64,000 nucleotides of DNA from Octopus sinensis (GCF_006345805.1 NC_043002.1:100564001-100628000); one strand, 5' to 3'; numbered from the stretch's first letter, positions 13,690 to 26,477 are shown. The notes: generated by a model not told the origin, from the sequence alone. Program-made: numbers and translations.

Positions 13690-13960
13690 TCTTGAGTTCA
13701 ATTACCGTCAGCACGTTGTGTCCTTGGGCAAGGCACTTTATTTTGCGTTGTCTTATACACTCACCAGGCAAAAATGTGCTGTACATGAGCTAGCAAAGTG
13801 TGGTGTACAATGGGCCAGCTCGGTGAATTGCAGTGAATCTCCCTGAGAACTACGTGTCTGTGGAGTGCTCAACCCCTTGCGCGCTAATTTCGCCAGCAAG
13901 GTTGTGTTGATGGAATCAATTGGAATATTCATATTCGCAACCGACGGAGTGTCCGGCAAT
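13690..13960 (+). mobile_element. Diverged SINE with family C-like middle and family D-like tail
   Basis: TTGTGTCCTTGGGCAAGGCACTTTATTT plus GAATCTCCCTGAGAACTACGTGTCTGTGGAGTGCTCA..CAACCGACGGAGTG matching the 58344-58730 tail. Confidence 0.7.
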
Positions 13961-14002
13961 AAGTACATGTATATTCATGTCTACATATGTGTATATGTGC
14001 AA

Positions 14003-14042
<40 letters not shown>

Positions 14043-14631
14043 TGACACGGGGAGAAAACAGGGGTGAGGATAAGAGAGATGGTAAAGTGTGTGTTTGAGA
14101 CAAATGACTGTGCCGATAAAATTTAGCTTAAGACAAAGTTTAAATATATTCAATCTGATTTGTCACAGAATATATTAACTAAACTACTTCCTTGCTGGAG
14201 GAGAAAATATAATGTAAATTACAGATAACTAGAAAGAAATACAAAATAATGATCTTAATATAATTATAACAAAAAAACATAAAGCTATATATTTGCAAAA
14301 TGAGTCTCTCAAAACTGTTCATGTCTCCAATTACGTCGGCAATATCTCTAGAATTAAAGAAAAATATCGCTCTCTGTCTCTGATATTTCTTATCATCCAT
14401 TCTAATTATTTGTATTTGCAAGTCAATTCCTCTGACCCGATGCCATCAATTGTCATATTACGTGTACATGCTTACCCACCCACATGCAAAATCCTGCTCA
14501 TTTATCATTTTATGCGACATTTCTCATTCACGCTGTCAAACAAAAAGAAGCTTGTAGTTTTACGTAATGTATACCCATGTACGTATACACACAATCAGAT
14601 CGTGCATAGACTTATTTACAGAACAAAGCTA

Positions 14632-14649
14632 TTAATAATAATAATAATG

Positions 14650-14695
<46 letters not shown>

Positions 14696-14892
14696 TAATA
14701 ATAACGATAACAATAATAACAACAACAACAATAATAATAATAATAATAACAATAACAATAACAACAACAAAAATAATAATAATAATAAGAAGAAGAAGAA
14801 GAAGAAGAAGAAGAACAATAACAACAGCAACAATAATAATAATAATAAAAATAATAATAACAACAACAATAATAGTAATAGTAATAATGATA

Positions 14893-14940
<48 letters not shown>
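14632..14940. repeat. Compound trinucleotide microsatellite (TAA/AAC/AAG)
   Basis: Direct inspection. Confidence 0.97.
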
Positions 14941-14943
<3 letters not shown>

Positions 14944-15497
14944 AAAGGTTTAACATCATGATTCGTTGATGTACAGCAAAACTATATATTTTTACTTTAC
15001 TACATATATATATTCATCATATACCCATACACACGCCTACTTGGTATATTTCCGTGTGTATGTGTGTGTGTGTGTGTGTGTGTTTGTTTTTCTCTATTAT
15101 ATACACGCATCAACAAAACGTCACTGTAAATAAAATAAAAGAAACGGAAAGAAATCTTCTGCACACATCTATATACGTCATCATACAACAATACCATCAC
15201 AGGTCCTGTAGGGGATATAAGCAACACGGTTCTTTGTTGCTTGTTTTGTTTTGTTTTGTTTTGTATTGTTTTGTTTTTTTGTTTTTTTTTTCTTGATGTG
15301 TTGTTTGCGTTTTTCTTGTAGATTAATATTACAACGAAACCTACTCTCACATTGGAAAACGTATGTGCACCATTTGTGTGTAAGCGTGTGTGTGTATATG
15401 TGTATCTGAGTGTATGTAAGTGTTTGCAAATATGCGTGAAAAGGTTATGCAAATTTTCACAAATGTCGCGTATACATACATTCTTGCACACACGCAC

Positions 15498-15498
15498 G

Positions 15499-15579
<81 letters not shown>

Positions 15580-15679
15580 CATATATATATACACATATAT
15601 ATATACACATATATATATACATATATATATAACATATATATATATATATATACATATATATATACACATATATATATAC

Positions 15680-15750
<71 letters not shown>

Positions 15751-15796
15751 CATATATATATATATAATATATATATACATATATATATACATATAT

Positions 15797-15833
<37 letters not shown>
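15498..15833. repeat. Compound (TA)n/(TACA)n microsatellite
   Basis: Direct inspection. Confidence 0.97.
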
Positions 15834-15834
<1 letters not shown>

Positions 15835-16408
15835 CGTGTGTGTGTGTATGTATGCATGTATGCATATGTGTACCCACGCAGATTGAAACAAACACGCACA
15901 AAACAAACTTCTGCTCATTATATTTCCTATTTAGCTGATAACTACGTATTTTGCTTGTGTCAGACTTTTCGAATCATATTGCAACAAAGAAGTTAAAATT
16001 TCTCGAGCCATCGAGTGAATCTCGACTAGTTAGAAATAACACTCAAATTTCCTTCAAATTGGACAATAGCGTCGATGTATTTTTTTTTTTAAAAGCCAGG
16101 AGACACTGGACGATTTTGATACACTATGGTTGAAAAAAGATGAAAACGGAATGGTCAGTTAGAATGGTTTTCGTTTGGTGGATTGAATCTAGCTTTACAA
16201 TAAAATAAAAACAATAACATATGTTTATGAGATGTTCTACTACATTTCATTTTTGCTATTGGTTCATTTGTGCGTATGCGTATATATATAATAATAATAA
16301 TAATGATGATGATGATGATGATGATAACAGGCTAATAAAGATTTTAGAAATGTTTACTACCAGTGGCCTAGCGCGTAGAAAAATTAGTCAATAGACTATA
16401 TATTATTC

Positions 16409-16704
16409 ATATAAATACAGTGTACATTTAAACTCATAAGAGGTATCCATCATAGGATTCTTGGCACGCTAGAAGGAACAGCCAAAATCCAAACCACTAT
16501 TAGGGATAAAACCTCCAAGGGAACGAAAAATAAAAATAAAAAAATTACCATCTATCTCCTATAAATGGTAAATATTTTTTTTATTTTTCATTCCCTTCGA
16601 AATGTTATCCCTAATAGTGGCTTGGACTTTGGCTGTTCCTTCTAGCATACCAAGAATCCTCTGACGGATATCCCTTATGTGTTTAAATGTACCCTGTATT
16701 CATA
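16409..16704. mobile_element. ~300 bp foldback element related to 9429-9659
   Basis: Termini ATACAGTGTACATTTAAAC / GTTTAAATGTACCCTGTAT; internal CACGCTAGAAG..CAAAA..AAACCACT shared with the 9429 element. Confidence 0.85.
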
Positions 16705-16829
16705 TATATATATATATATATATGTGTGTGAAGTCGAAGATACTTCTGTACCACAGAACAATCACACATCTACTACAGCCTTGGTAGGAAAAGTTCCATC
16801 GAACACACACACACACACAAACATATATA

Positions 16830-17118
16830 TCTTTATATATAAAAGTGAAGTTGTGTGTCTGTCTCCTACGATTTAGATTCCTAACTACTCCCACATTTTG
16901 CGATGCAGTTTAACCAAAAGCGGGTATCCTATAGTCGTGATTCATATCGAGCCCTTCTGGGTATTAGCGCGCGTCTACGATTTAAAAAAAAATTTACCAT
17001 AATTTTTCCGCATTTTTAAATCATTTTCGCTCGGTTTATATAAGGGAAGTAACTCTCTATAAATGCTTATGTAGTTATTTCCCTTACAAACCCGAGCAAC
17101 GCCGGGCGATACTGCTAG
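16830..17118 (+). mobile_element. Non-autonomous Helitron, copy 1
   Basis: A|TC 5' end, CTAG|T 3' end, subterminal hairpin CCCGAGCAACGCCGGG; near-identical copies at 50509 and 61918. Confidence 0.88.
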
Positions 17119-17146
<28 letters not shown>

Positions 17147-17151
<5 letters not shown>

Positions 17152-17652
17152 CTGTTTCTAGAGCTCGCACTAAGTGTTCATCCGGTACATGTTTAGCATG
17201 TTTTTAACTCAATTAATCAAGCACATGCTCACACACATATACGGCGTGCTTCCACACGGTTCTTCTCTACCTACTTTCATTTGAGGAGTATGATCAACGC
17301 AAAAGTATGGCCGAAGATATGTGCAGTGGAATCGAAACCGAAATATGTTAGTTCTAAAGAAATTAACCATAGACCTATGAGAGCGCGCCTATGCCTCACT
17401 TGGTGCAATTATTCTGCTTATTTTATAGTCAGACTTAGATATTCAGTGGTTATTCACACGCTATATAGCACACCATCCACCGAGAAATTTATCTGTCTAC
17501 CATCTAGCAATGTTATGTATACGTATGTATGTGTTTATGTGTGCATATGTGTAGATATGTAAAGTTAACCTTAGTGTTACGGTTTCCTATGGTTCTTTAT
17601 CATTTATGAATGCATACAATAGAGAGCGTATCTATATATGCATGTGTGTCTA

Positions 17653-17697
<45 letters not shown>

Positions 17698-18199
17698 CTG
17701 TTTCTAGAGCTCGCACTAAGTGTTCATCCGGTACATGTTTAGCATGTTTTTAACTCAATTAATCAAGCACATGCTCACACACATATACGGCGTGCTTCCA
17801 CACGGTTCTTCTCTACCTACTTTCATTTGAGGAGTATTGATCAACGCAAAAGTATGGCCGAAGATATGTGCAGTGGAATCGAAACCGAAATATGTTAGTT
17901 CTAAAGAAATTAACCATAGACCTATGAGAGCGCGCCTATGCCTCACTTGGTGCAATTATTCTGCTTATTTTATAGTCAGACTTAGATATTCAGTGGTTAT
18001 TCACACGCTATATAGCACACCATCCACCGAGAAATTTATCTGTCTACCATCTAGCAATGTTATGTATACGTATGTATGTGTTTATGTGTGCATATGTGTA
18101 GATATGTAAAGTTAACCTTAGTGTTACGGTTTCCTATGGTTCTTTATCATTTATGAATGCATACAATAGAGAGCGTATCTATATATGCATGTGTGTCTA

Positions 18200-18240
<41 letters not shown>
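17147..18240. repeat. Tandem duplication of a 546 bp unit bounded by (TA)n
   Basis: TCTGTTTCTAGAGCTCGC starts at 17151 and 17697; the only difference seen is a 1 nt indel (GAGTATGATC vs GAGTATTGATC). Confidence 0.95.
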
Positions 18241-18847
18241 GCATATTTATATGGATACATATATGCATATATATGGATATATATGTATGCATATATATAT
18301 GGATATATATACATATTTATGTTGTGTATATATACATATATATATATATGTATGTATATACATATATGGATATATACATAAATATGCATATATATATATA
18401 TATATGCATATTTATGAATATATCCATATATGTATATGCATATATATATATGTGTGTGTGTGTGTATATGTATGTATGTGTATATATATATGTATGTATG
18501 TGTGTATATATATATATGCATATACATATATGGATATATATATATCTACATATATGCATGTATATATATATACATATATATATGTATATATATTTATGTA
18601 TACATATATATGTGTGTGTGTGTGTGCGCGCGTGTGTATGTATATATGATGTTTGTGTAAGTGTATATGAATGTGCATGCGTTGCGTGTGAGTATGGATG
18701 TGTTCACATTATCGTCTGCATAATTCTAGATAACATTTGCAGCTATTTTACCATAAAATATTCACTCAGGTAATTGATAACAAATTGCAGATATATAATT
18801 CAGTGATCCAAAGATTCCGTAATTCACTTTCTAACTTTGTCTTCCAG

Positions 18848-18883
18848 CTGGCACAGGACGTAATTACAGCTCTAAGAGATGAG
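18848..18883 (+). CDS. BAIAP3: BAIAP3-family exon 2 (36 nt, phase 0-0): LAQDVITALRDE
   Basis: ttctaactttgtcttccag acceptor, GAG|gtaagt donor, in frame with both neighbours. Confidence 0.8.
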
Positions 18884-20143
18884 GTAAGTATTCGGATTTT
18901 TGTCTTTATAATTCAGTCATTCAATCATTTGTTATTCATATATTTGGTTTCACCAATTTCACAGTTCTAATCAACAATGTTTCCAATTACTCCCAGCATT
19001 TCAGTCCTGTTCTCGAAGTCGATAGACAATGGCATTTCTGTTAATTTGAGGTTAATTTGCCTTTTGTTATTTGTTATTTATCTTATTTCATTTTCTTTTT
19101 ATGATTGGACATAGCAACTGTCTAGCAAATGTGCTCGTGTCGCAGCTGTTTTAATGTATACGAATGTATGACTCTTTTCTTAGCAATAGTACACGGACGT
19201 GAAGTATGAAAACCTAAGAGAGATAGAAGCAAATGGAAGTTAGCCGTTTGTTGTATGTGTTCTATTGAATGTCGATACTCTGTACACTCGTGAAGTGAGA
19301 AAAAATACGATAGAACTTTTAAGAAGTAGCACAATTATTGTTTGAATCAATGATCTTCATTTCACGAAGGGATATTTACTTCTAGACTAACTAAGCCCAT
19401 AGCAAATACTGCTTCCCCTCCCACTGGCCTCCCGTTTCTCTAAGACGTTGTAAAATATGTTTAATTCTCACCAGCTCAGTCCACTTAATTCTATATAAGA
19501 AAATTGTCCAGCATCTAACTGCTAAATGTCTAATGCACTTATGTGTATTTGTGTGTTTAATTTATTTGTGTCTAGTAAATTCAATACTTTCATTAGAGAG
19601 ATATTGTCTCGTCAAATTGGTCTAAGACAAAGCTCTTCAGAAAACAGCTGGTCGTTTGTTGCGGGACACGGATTGTATTCGTTGTAAGAGAGCTGTAGCC
19701 AATAACAGCAACACAAATTCACAACGTGTGTCCATTATTCCGGTAACTTCCTCACTCTTTTTACATTATGTAAATCTTTGTATTTCGTCCTGCCATCTTA
19801 AAAAAGAAGGGATATTCACACTTGGTGATGTAGTCTTTGATACACAATGTATAACAAAAGAAAAACTTGGTACTCATGACTGGGTCGCCTTTTAACCATG
19901 ACAGATGAGTCAGGACAGATTAGGACCTAAGCAATAATAACCCTTTCGTACTAGAAATAGTAGCCAAATCTTCCTTCAGTCATAATCTGCCGGTTTATTT
20001 AAAGGATAAACACAACAGAGCCTAATGGTTAGACAAATATATTCTGATGTATGTAAAAAGAATGTATGATCATGGCTGCAACGCCTTTGTTCGTAGGCTT
20101 GAAGAACAACATTTATAAAAACATAATTTACATACTAACCCTA

Positions 20144-20208
20144 TAAGTTTCGCCTGACGGTCAATTCAATTGGTTGAACAAGTTGTCAGGCGAAACTTAA
20201 AGTACCAG
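20144..20208. repeat. Short hairpin (15 bp perfect IR) with a decayed hammerhead-like 3' half
   Basis: TAAGTTTCGCCTGAC 20144-20158 / GTCAGGCGAAACTTA 20185-20199; GAAACTTAAAGTA|CCAG follows. Confidence 0.6.
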
Positions 20209-21614
20209 TCAACACCAATTTCATTTGACTCCAGTCTCAATTTTGAACTTCACTATAAGTAAATGTCCCGGTGTTATTTTTAAACATGCCTTCACATAAT
20301 AACCTCAACTTAAAATTTACGAAGACGAAAGAATCTTTTATTTTATTAGTGAAATAGGATATTCATCTTCAAAATTTGCTGTTAAACCGAAAGTTTTCTT
20401 CTTGTGAGACGACAAATTGGATTTCGCGCGATAATATTTTGAAAGCATTTCATCATAACTCTGCAATGATCATAACTCAGCTTCGGCTAGAAGAAAACAA
20501 TAGCAACAAATATCAAAGATATATCGAAATATTTCTTTTTCAACAGTGGAACTCGAAACAGATGAAACATTAGATACTGGTTAAAAAAATCCTTTGGGTA
20601 GAAAAAGTTGAAGGTTACCAGTAGGTTTTATCTACTTCGGGAAGCGGGCGGGGGCTACCGTTAAAAACGAATTATTTCACGTCTCTCAAAGTTTCTAAAC
20701 TCATATGAAGTAAATATCGAAACGTCCCTTTTCTATTTATTATTTTTTTTTGCCGGGCACTTGAAGCTTGAGATGTAGGAAATGACACATATGGAATTAT
20801 TTCTATGTGATATAACTGTACATAAATTACAGCCACATCTTCAATAGAAGACTAAGTTAAGACTTTTTTCTCCTTCAGAATGGAGCATTATTATGTTACT
20901 TACATAGATGTAAAATTCCATCGTCCCGGGGCATTTTCTTAGAAACTGAAAGGAATCTTTCGATCATTACAGAAAATTTTCTTTTAATTTAAATAGTAGA
21001 CATTGATTTAAAAAAACAAACATTCGCACCAAGCAGCAAATTTTCAAAGATCCCATTATATAAGTTAATTCCACCCTGAGTAGAAGCGAAAAGGTAAGGA
21101 CCGGTATCTTATCGTCCAGAAACTCAGATTTTATAACCGGTTTCCCAGCGTCCACAGAACAGAACATTTCATTCAATGCGGTTCGTTTCATCCCTTCTTC
21201 TCCTCAACAGTAACCGGATATAGTCTCCTTCCTCAGTGTACCGAATGTTTAGGAAAGATTGATTTAATCCTTTTATCAATTGCTTTGATGATGCTACTTT
21301 GTAAGTTCACTGCCTACATCAAGAATCAAAATTGAAAAGTCAGTCGTAAACAAGTATACGCTTAGCTACAAACGTTCTGGTATACCGTTTCTTCTTTCCT
21401 ATTCGTTCTATATTAGTCTTTTCTTATTTGTGCCATACGCTTTAGATGTCTCTCTCATATTTTCCTGTTTCAGATTGTATGTTTCTTATTACTGCTACTG
21501 TTTTTTCCCCTTAATTCTATCTATTCTTTTCTTCTGTCCCTACTATCCCAAATAACTACTGACACGTAATTACATTCGACACTATTTTCATGGGTTGCTC
21601 TTCCTTTCTTTTAG

Positions 21615-21766
21615 GTTGGAGATGATCTGAAAATAGGAAACCTAGAATATGAAGAAGTCAAACACCAAGTGACCAGCGTCGCTTCATCTGAGATCGGCAC
21701 ATCACTTTTCGAATTTTACTTGGAACTTCAAGAATTCTGCAAGTTCAAACGATTAATTACAGAAAC
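21615..21766 (+). CDS. BAIAP3: BAIAP3-family exon 3 (phase 0-2): VGDDLKIGNLEYEEVKHQVTSVASSEIGTSLFEFYLELQEFCKFKRLITE(T)
   Basis: ttcctttcttttag acceptor, AC|gtacat donor; the LFExYLxLxxF motif marks the start of MHD1. Confidence 0.9.
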
Positions 21767-21780
21767 GTACATATTCTCTA

Positions 21781-21958
<178 letters not shown>

Positions 21959-22479
21959 GAAAGTAGGAAAACAAGGGGAAATAAAGAAAATTTCTAACAA
22001 TTCAGAAAGGTTTGCAAAAAATCTTTATATTTCAGGCGCAAAATTGAGCTTCAGAAGAAAACAATCCCAGAAATGTCTAGTTACATCGTATCAAGGAAGC
22101 TATATTGATCCACCGCCTCAGCCCCAAAATTAACAGTCTATCGAAGATGGACCAGTGGCTCCAACATCATCACAAATGACACCAACATCATCTTCCACCA
22201 CCACGACCACCACCACGTGAAAATACATCACAACTGCCAACAGTTGGAAAGTTCTTGTTACTGCTGCTTACCCAAATGCCGTGCTGTTTAAAATAAAATC
22301 ATGAAATCGATGCGACTAGACATTTCTCGGACAGCTTGCTTCTGAAGATAGCCACTTGCATCTGATATGTAAAAAGTTTTTGTAAAACTTTCTGTATTGT
22401 TAGAAGCTTTCTTTGTTTCCTTTTTTTTATTTTACTACTTTTGTACTACAATGCTTCAAGCGAACTACAACGCTCTAAT

Positions 22480-23300
22480 TATTATTACTGTTGTTGTTGT
22501 TGTTGTTGTTGTTGTTTCAGGAGAAGCATCTTTCATTGCAATCTTTTTCTGCACACCTGAGCTCAGCACCGTGGCCCTCGGCTCCATTTTTTCGTTTTGT
22601 TTACATTTTGTCGATGTATTGACGTGTATGTCATATTTTGTTAAGTGTTTGTCTGCAAAGAATTTTTTTTTATCATTCCTAAGTCTTATACTATTCTGAG
22701 GACTCTTTCGGTTTTAAATCCCAACTTTCTGATTATCTGTAATTTTAGATTCTTTATATTTATATACTTTCTTAGATAATTTCTTTTAGAGATATATCTT
22801 CGCTACTTCGAATTGATACATCGATTACAAGTCGTCGTTTCCTTTTCGAGTCGTATTGACAATGATATCTCAACGTCTGCATTAATCTGTTTGTCTCTAA
22901 GAATTGACATGTTCCAGTGTACGGTCTCTTTATCATTCTCTGAGATTTTTACGTAGTATTTTTAGACCATTTCTCTTCTGTGATTATTTCATAACGCTAG
23001 CGTAGATTGATTGTATGAACGTTCTAACACTATCGTGCTTATAAATGTATTATTTCATGGTTAGAATAGGGAAGCAAGTGTTTCTATCCAATCTCTAAAG
23101 CGTCTGCAGTCAATTTTCTCTTTTTGTTTTCTGTTTCAATGATTTTAGCATTTTCTGGTGAGAACCTTTTGACCTTGTTTTGTGATCAAACGTTTGTCGC
23201 AGGTTTGACTTTCCGCTTCGTACCGTTTTTCACTGTCCACTTTAGGCTTTGTTCGGTATTATCGGGCAACGTCCATAAAGAAGTTTTGTTTAACAACGTT
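22480..23300 (-). mobile_element. Old, degraded R4/Dong-like LINE 3' fragment
   Basis: Minus-strand peptides ENDKETVHWNMSILRDKQINA and GFKTERVLRIV*DLGMIKK align to the RLE region of the elements at 1-172 and 1789-2829; ends in an (AAC)/(AAT)n tail. Confidence 0.7.
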
Positions 23301-24356
23301 ACATCATGACTGCGACATTTTTTAAACTTCCATATTCGTTTTTGTTTCTCCCCCACAGCTATCTTTGCTAAGAACGATGTTTCGTTTTGATTTCCGTTCC
23401 TCCGGAATTAATGAATTAAATACCACTCAATATTGGGATCGGTTTAGCTTCTACGAAGTTAAGAAAGGATTTCAGTAAATATTAATCTGCTCCAAACTCA
23501 AAATAATATAAAATCTATAACAGATGTTAAGATTAACTAGACCAGCTCAGTAGATTTACATCTGAGCACTCAGAGAAAATGTTTGGGGAAGGCTATTATT
23601 TTTCACTGGACTGAGAGTTCTGTTGAAGAACTCGGAGTTTAGTTTGTCAGGACTGCTTCCAAGTGATTAGAAAAAAGAATAAAATAAGTTAGGGCCACTA
23701 ACTTCACTCAGTAGAAAACAGGATTAAGCAGATTGAAAGATAAGCTTTCGAAAGTTTTTTTTTTTTTTCGAAGGATCCTTTTTCGGAATTACAGATAATT
23801 TCCAAATGTCTTTCAAGTAAGACTAACTAAACTGGAGTATTATCTAACTGTAATAAGCTTGAAAGGCATGGTGTTATAGTACGCATAGTTGTGGCATTAT
23901 GGAGAACGGTTGTTATCGAGTATAAGACGCCCAGTGCTCCGATATCATATGAGCCTATGCTGAAAATTGAGGGTCAAGAAAAGTTCCTGCCTCTTGTAAT
24001 TAACAGTGGTGGAGGTTGAAAGGCCTAAATAAAGAGTTTTTTATGATACCTAATGCTCTGAGGGCAAAATTTAGTAACGTCCTGTCGTTGCAGGATGTGT
24101 TTGATGTTCCAGTAGGCTTTTGATTTTGGTTGTGTTTCTTTTTTTTTATAAATAAAGAAATAAATGGCGAGATAGATGGGTTACACATCCCCCAAAATAT
24201 GTGGATTATGATTTACGAAGTGTAATGAACTCCATTAACGAGGCCTTTCATAAGAGTATGAGAGGATTTTTCACAGCTGTTGTAGCATCATTGATTCTAT
24301 GCTGACTTTAATGAACATCGAACGATTCAGTTTCTCTCTCTCTCTTTCCCTCTCCA

Positions 24357-24446
<90 letters not shown>

Positions 24447-24934
24447 GTGTATGTGTGTGTGTGTGCATATGTGAGTATGTGTGGTGTGTAGCCAGCTAGA
24501 AACGATGTGTTTTAGGGCTAAAACAACAACATCGTCCCTTTCAGGACAGCCACATTATGTTGGCTAATAGCCAAAACTTTAAAGAACTGTTACTGAATGT
24601 CTGTCGATATTATTATTTCTAGTTTTTGTATATATATATAAATATTTAGTTAAATATATTCTATGAGAATATTCTATACTGAATTTACAGTGAGTGCTCT
24701 ACATTTAATACGAGCGATTATATATAATATATAATATATTGTGAAATAATATCAGGAAATTAATATCAGAAAAATTCTTCAGAAAGATATATACATGTGT
24801 AGAATAATTATTGTATTAAAAATATGAATATATATATATATAAATATATGCAAATATGTACGAGTATAAATATATAATAATAATAATAAATATGACACTT
24901 GAAAATGTAATAGTTTAAAATTAAGTTGTTAAGG

Positions 24935-25026
24935 CATCTTACGATCGTTTCGCAAAAGTATTGTCGCTATAATGGAATCCTATATTGATAAACCTTTATA
25001 GACAATACTTCTGCTCTTCAGAGATA
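24935..25026 (-). ncRNA. Type I hammerhead ribozyme motif, canonical core
   Basis: UAUCU-CUGAAGA-GCAGAAGUAUUGUC..GACAAUACUUUUGC-GAAA-CGAUCGUA|AGAUG: 5 bp stem I, 14 bp stem II with G10.1-C11.1, palindromic stem III ACGAUCGU, GUA site. Confidence 0.8.
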
Positions 25027-25090
25027 TAAAATGTGAGGCTTGTATGATTTATAACTACCATTCGATAAATTATACAAACTTCACATTTTA

Positions 25091-25169
25091 TATCTCTGAG
25101 GAGCAGAAATGTTTATCAATATAGGATTCCATTATAGAGACAATACTTTTGCGAAATGATCGTAAGATG
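25091..25169 (+). ncRNA. Type I hammerhead ribozyme motif, mirror copy with a stem II deletion
   Basis: UAUCU-CUGAGGA(25096-25102)-GCAGAA..UUUUGC-GAAA(25153-25156)-UGAUCGUA|AGAUG. Confidence 0.68.
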
Positions 25170-25357
25170 CTTTAAAAACTTAATTTTAAACTATTAAATT
25201 TTAAACTGTCATACTTATTATTATTATTATATATTTATACTTACTCATATTTACATATATTTATATATATATTTATATTTTTAATACAATAATTATTCTA
25301 CACATGTATCTACCTTTCTGAAGAATTTATCTGATATTAATTTCCTAAAATTGTTTA

Positions 25358-25693
25358 AAAAGGTAAAGACCCCCTTCGGTCATGAATGACCATGGGATTG
25401 CACCTAGAAAGTTACCCTCCTAGACACAAGTCCGGGCAAGGTTGTTTTATGGAAGGCTAGCAGTCGCCCATGCATACCAGCCATGCATACCAGTGTTATC
25501 CAAGGGAAAGACAAAGGTCGATACAGCTTGGCACCTGTGACGTCGCAACTCATTTCTACAGCTGAGTGAACTGGAGCAACGTGAAATAAAGTGCCTTGCT
25601 CGAGAACACAACACGCAGCCCGGTCCGGGATTCGAGCTCACAACCTCACGATCGTAAGCTCGACGCTCTAACCACTGAGCCATGCGCCTTCAC
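25358..25693 (-). mobile_element. tRNA-derived SINE family C, full length with an 11 bp TSD
   Basis: Head GGCGCATGGCTCAGTGGTTAGAGCG..GAGCTCGAATCCCG (A/B boxes); TSD AAAATTGTTTA at 25347-25357 and 25694-25704. Confidence 0.9.
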
Positions 25694-25707
25694 AAAATTG
25701 TTTATAT

Positions 25708-25745
<38 letters not shown>

Positions 25746-25749
<4 letters not shown>

Positions 25750-25873
25750 GTGAAATAGAAAGATGAATAATCTTGTTGTAGATTAATCAAAAGTTAACCG
25801 ATACCTTAGTAGCAAAAATCACAGCAGTAAACAGCGTTCAGCTCCATTTCTTCAATTCACCAATAATGTTTTA
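25746..25873. mobile_element. Internally deleted copy of the 6906-7207 element
   Basis: Same 5' ~90 bp joined at AAACAGC|GTTCAGC to the right IR arm. Confidence 0.9.
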
Positions 25874-26139
25874 TATATATATATATATTATATAATATAG
25901 TAAATACATACAGCAAAAGGTGAATGCACAAAATTAATTAATTTTTTATACTTTTCACAAGATAGAATACTTATATAATCTACTGATTTCACGTGTTGCT
26001 AATCATGACTGGGGAATTTGTGAAATATTGCAATTTCATAGTATCTTGAGAGGTTTTCAGTACATGCTGGTTGCATGAGAGTTTGTTCGTAAATGGGCCA
26101 GTATGTAAATAAGTCTAGAGAATGTAATTGGTGATTGCT

Positions 26140-26200
<61 letters not shown>

Positions 26201-26347
26201 TATATATATTCTGCTTGCATGTGTATGTTTATACGTGTAAGCTTCTTGTCTAGTTATGTTTGTGTGCATTGTTATATCTCTCTCTCTCCGTCTCTCTATA
26301 TCTATTTATCTATCTATATACATATATATACGTATACATATATATAC

Positions 26348-26391
<44 letters not shown>

Positions 26392-26417
26392 TTTATTTAA
26401 AGCAGCAGAAAATTCAG

Positions 26418-26468
26418 CAAAATCTGTTACTCTGAGTTTCTCGTTGCCGTTCATCAGACAGTTTTTGT
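26418..26468 (-). ncRNA. Minimal type I hammerhead ribozyme motif (left arm)
   Basis: Reverse complement CAAAAACUGU-CUGAUGA-ACGGCAACGA-GAAA-CUCAGAGUA|ACAGAUUUUG. Confidence 0.7.
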
Positions 26469-26477
26469 TAGAATCTA

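Larger units (their letters stand above)
24754..25346. mobile_element. ~600 bp foldback element (inverted Penelope-type pLTR dimer)
   Basis: AGGAAATTAATATCAGA..TTCTTCAGAAAG..TACATGTGTAGAATAATTATTGTATTAAAAAT is mirrored at 25270-25346; arms pair to a centre near 25050. Confidence 0.88.

Noticed and set aside
20960-21380. Minus-strand LNQSFLNIRYTEE resembling a Penelope RT motif
   Set aside because: A single short match among many stops; not supportable without a search
25600-25690. tRNA genes at SINE heads (also 44049, 56336, 58344)
   Set aside because: A/B boxes are present but continue into SINE bodies; no complete cloverleaf
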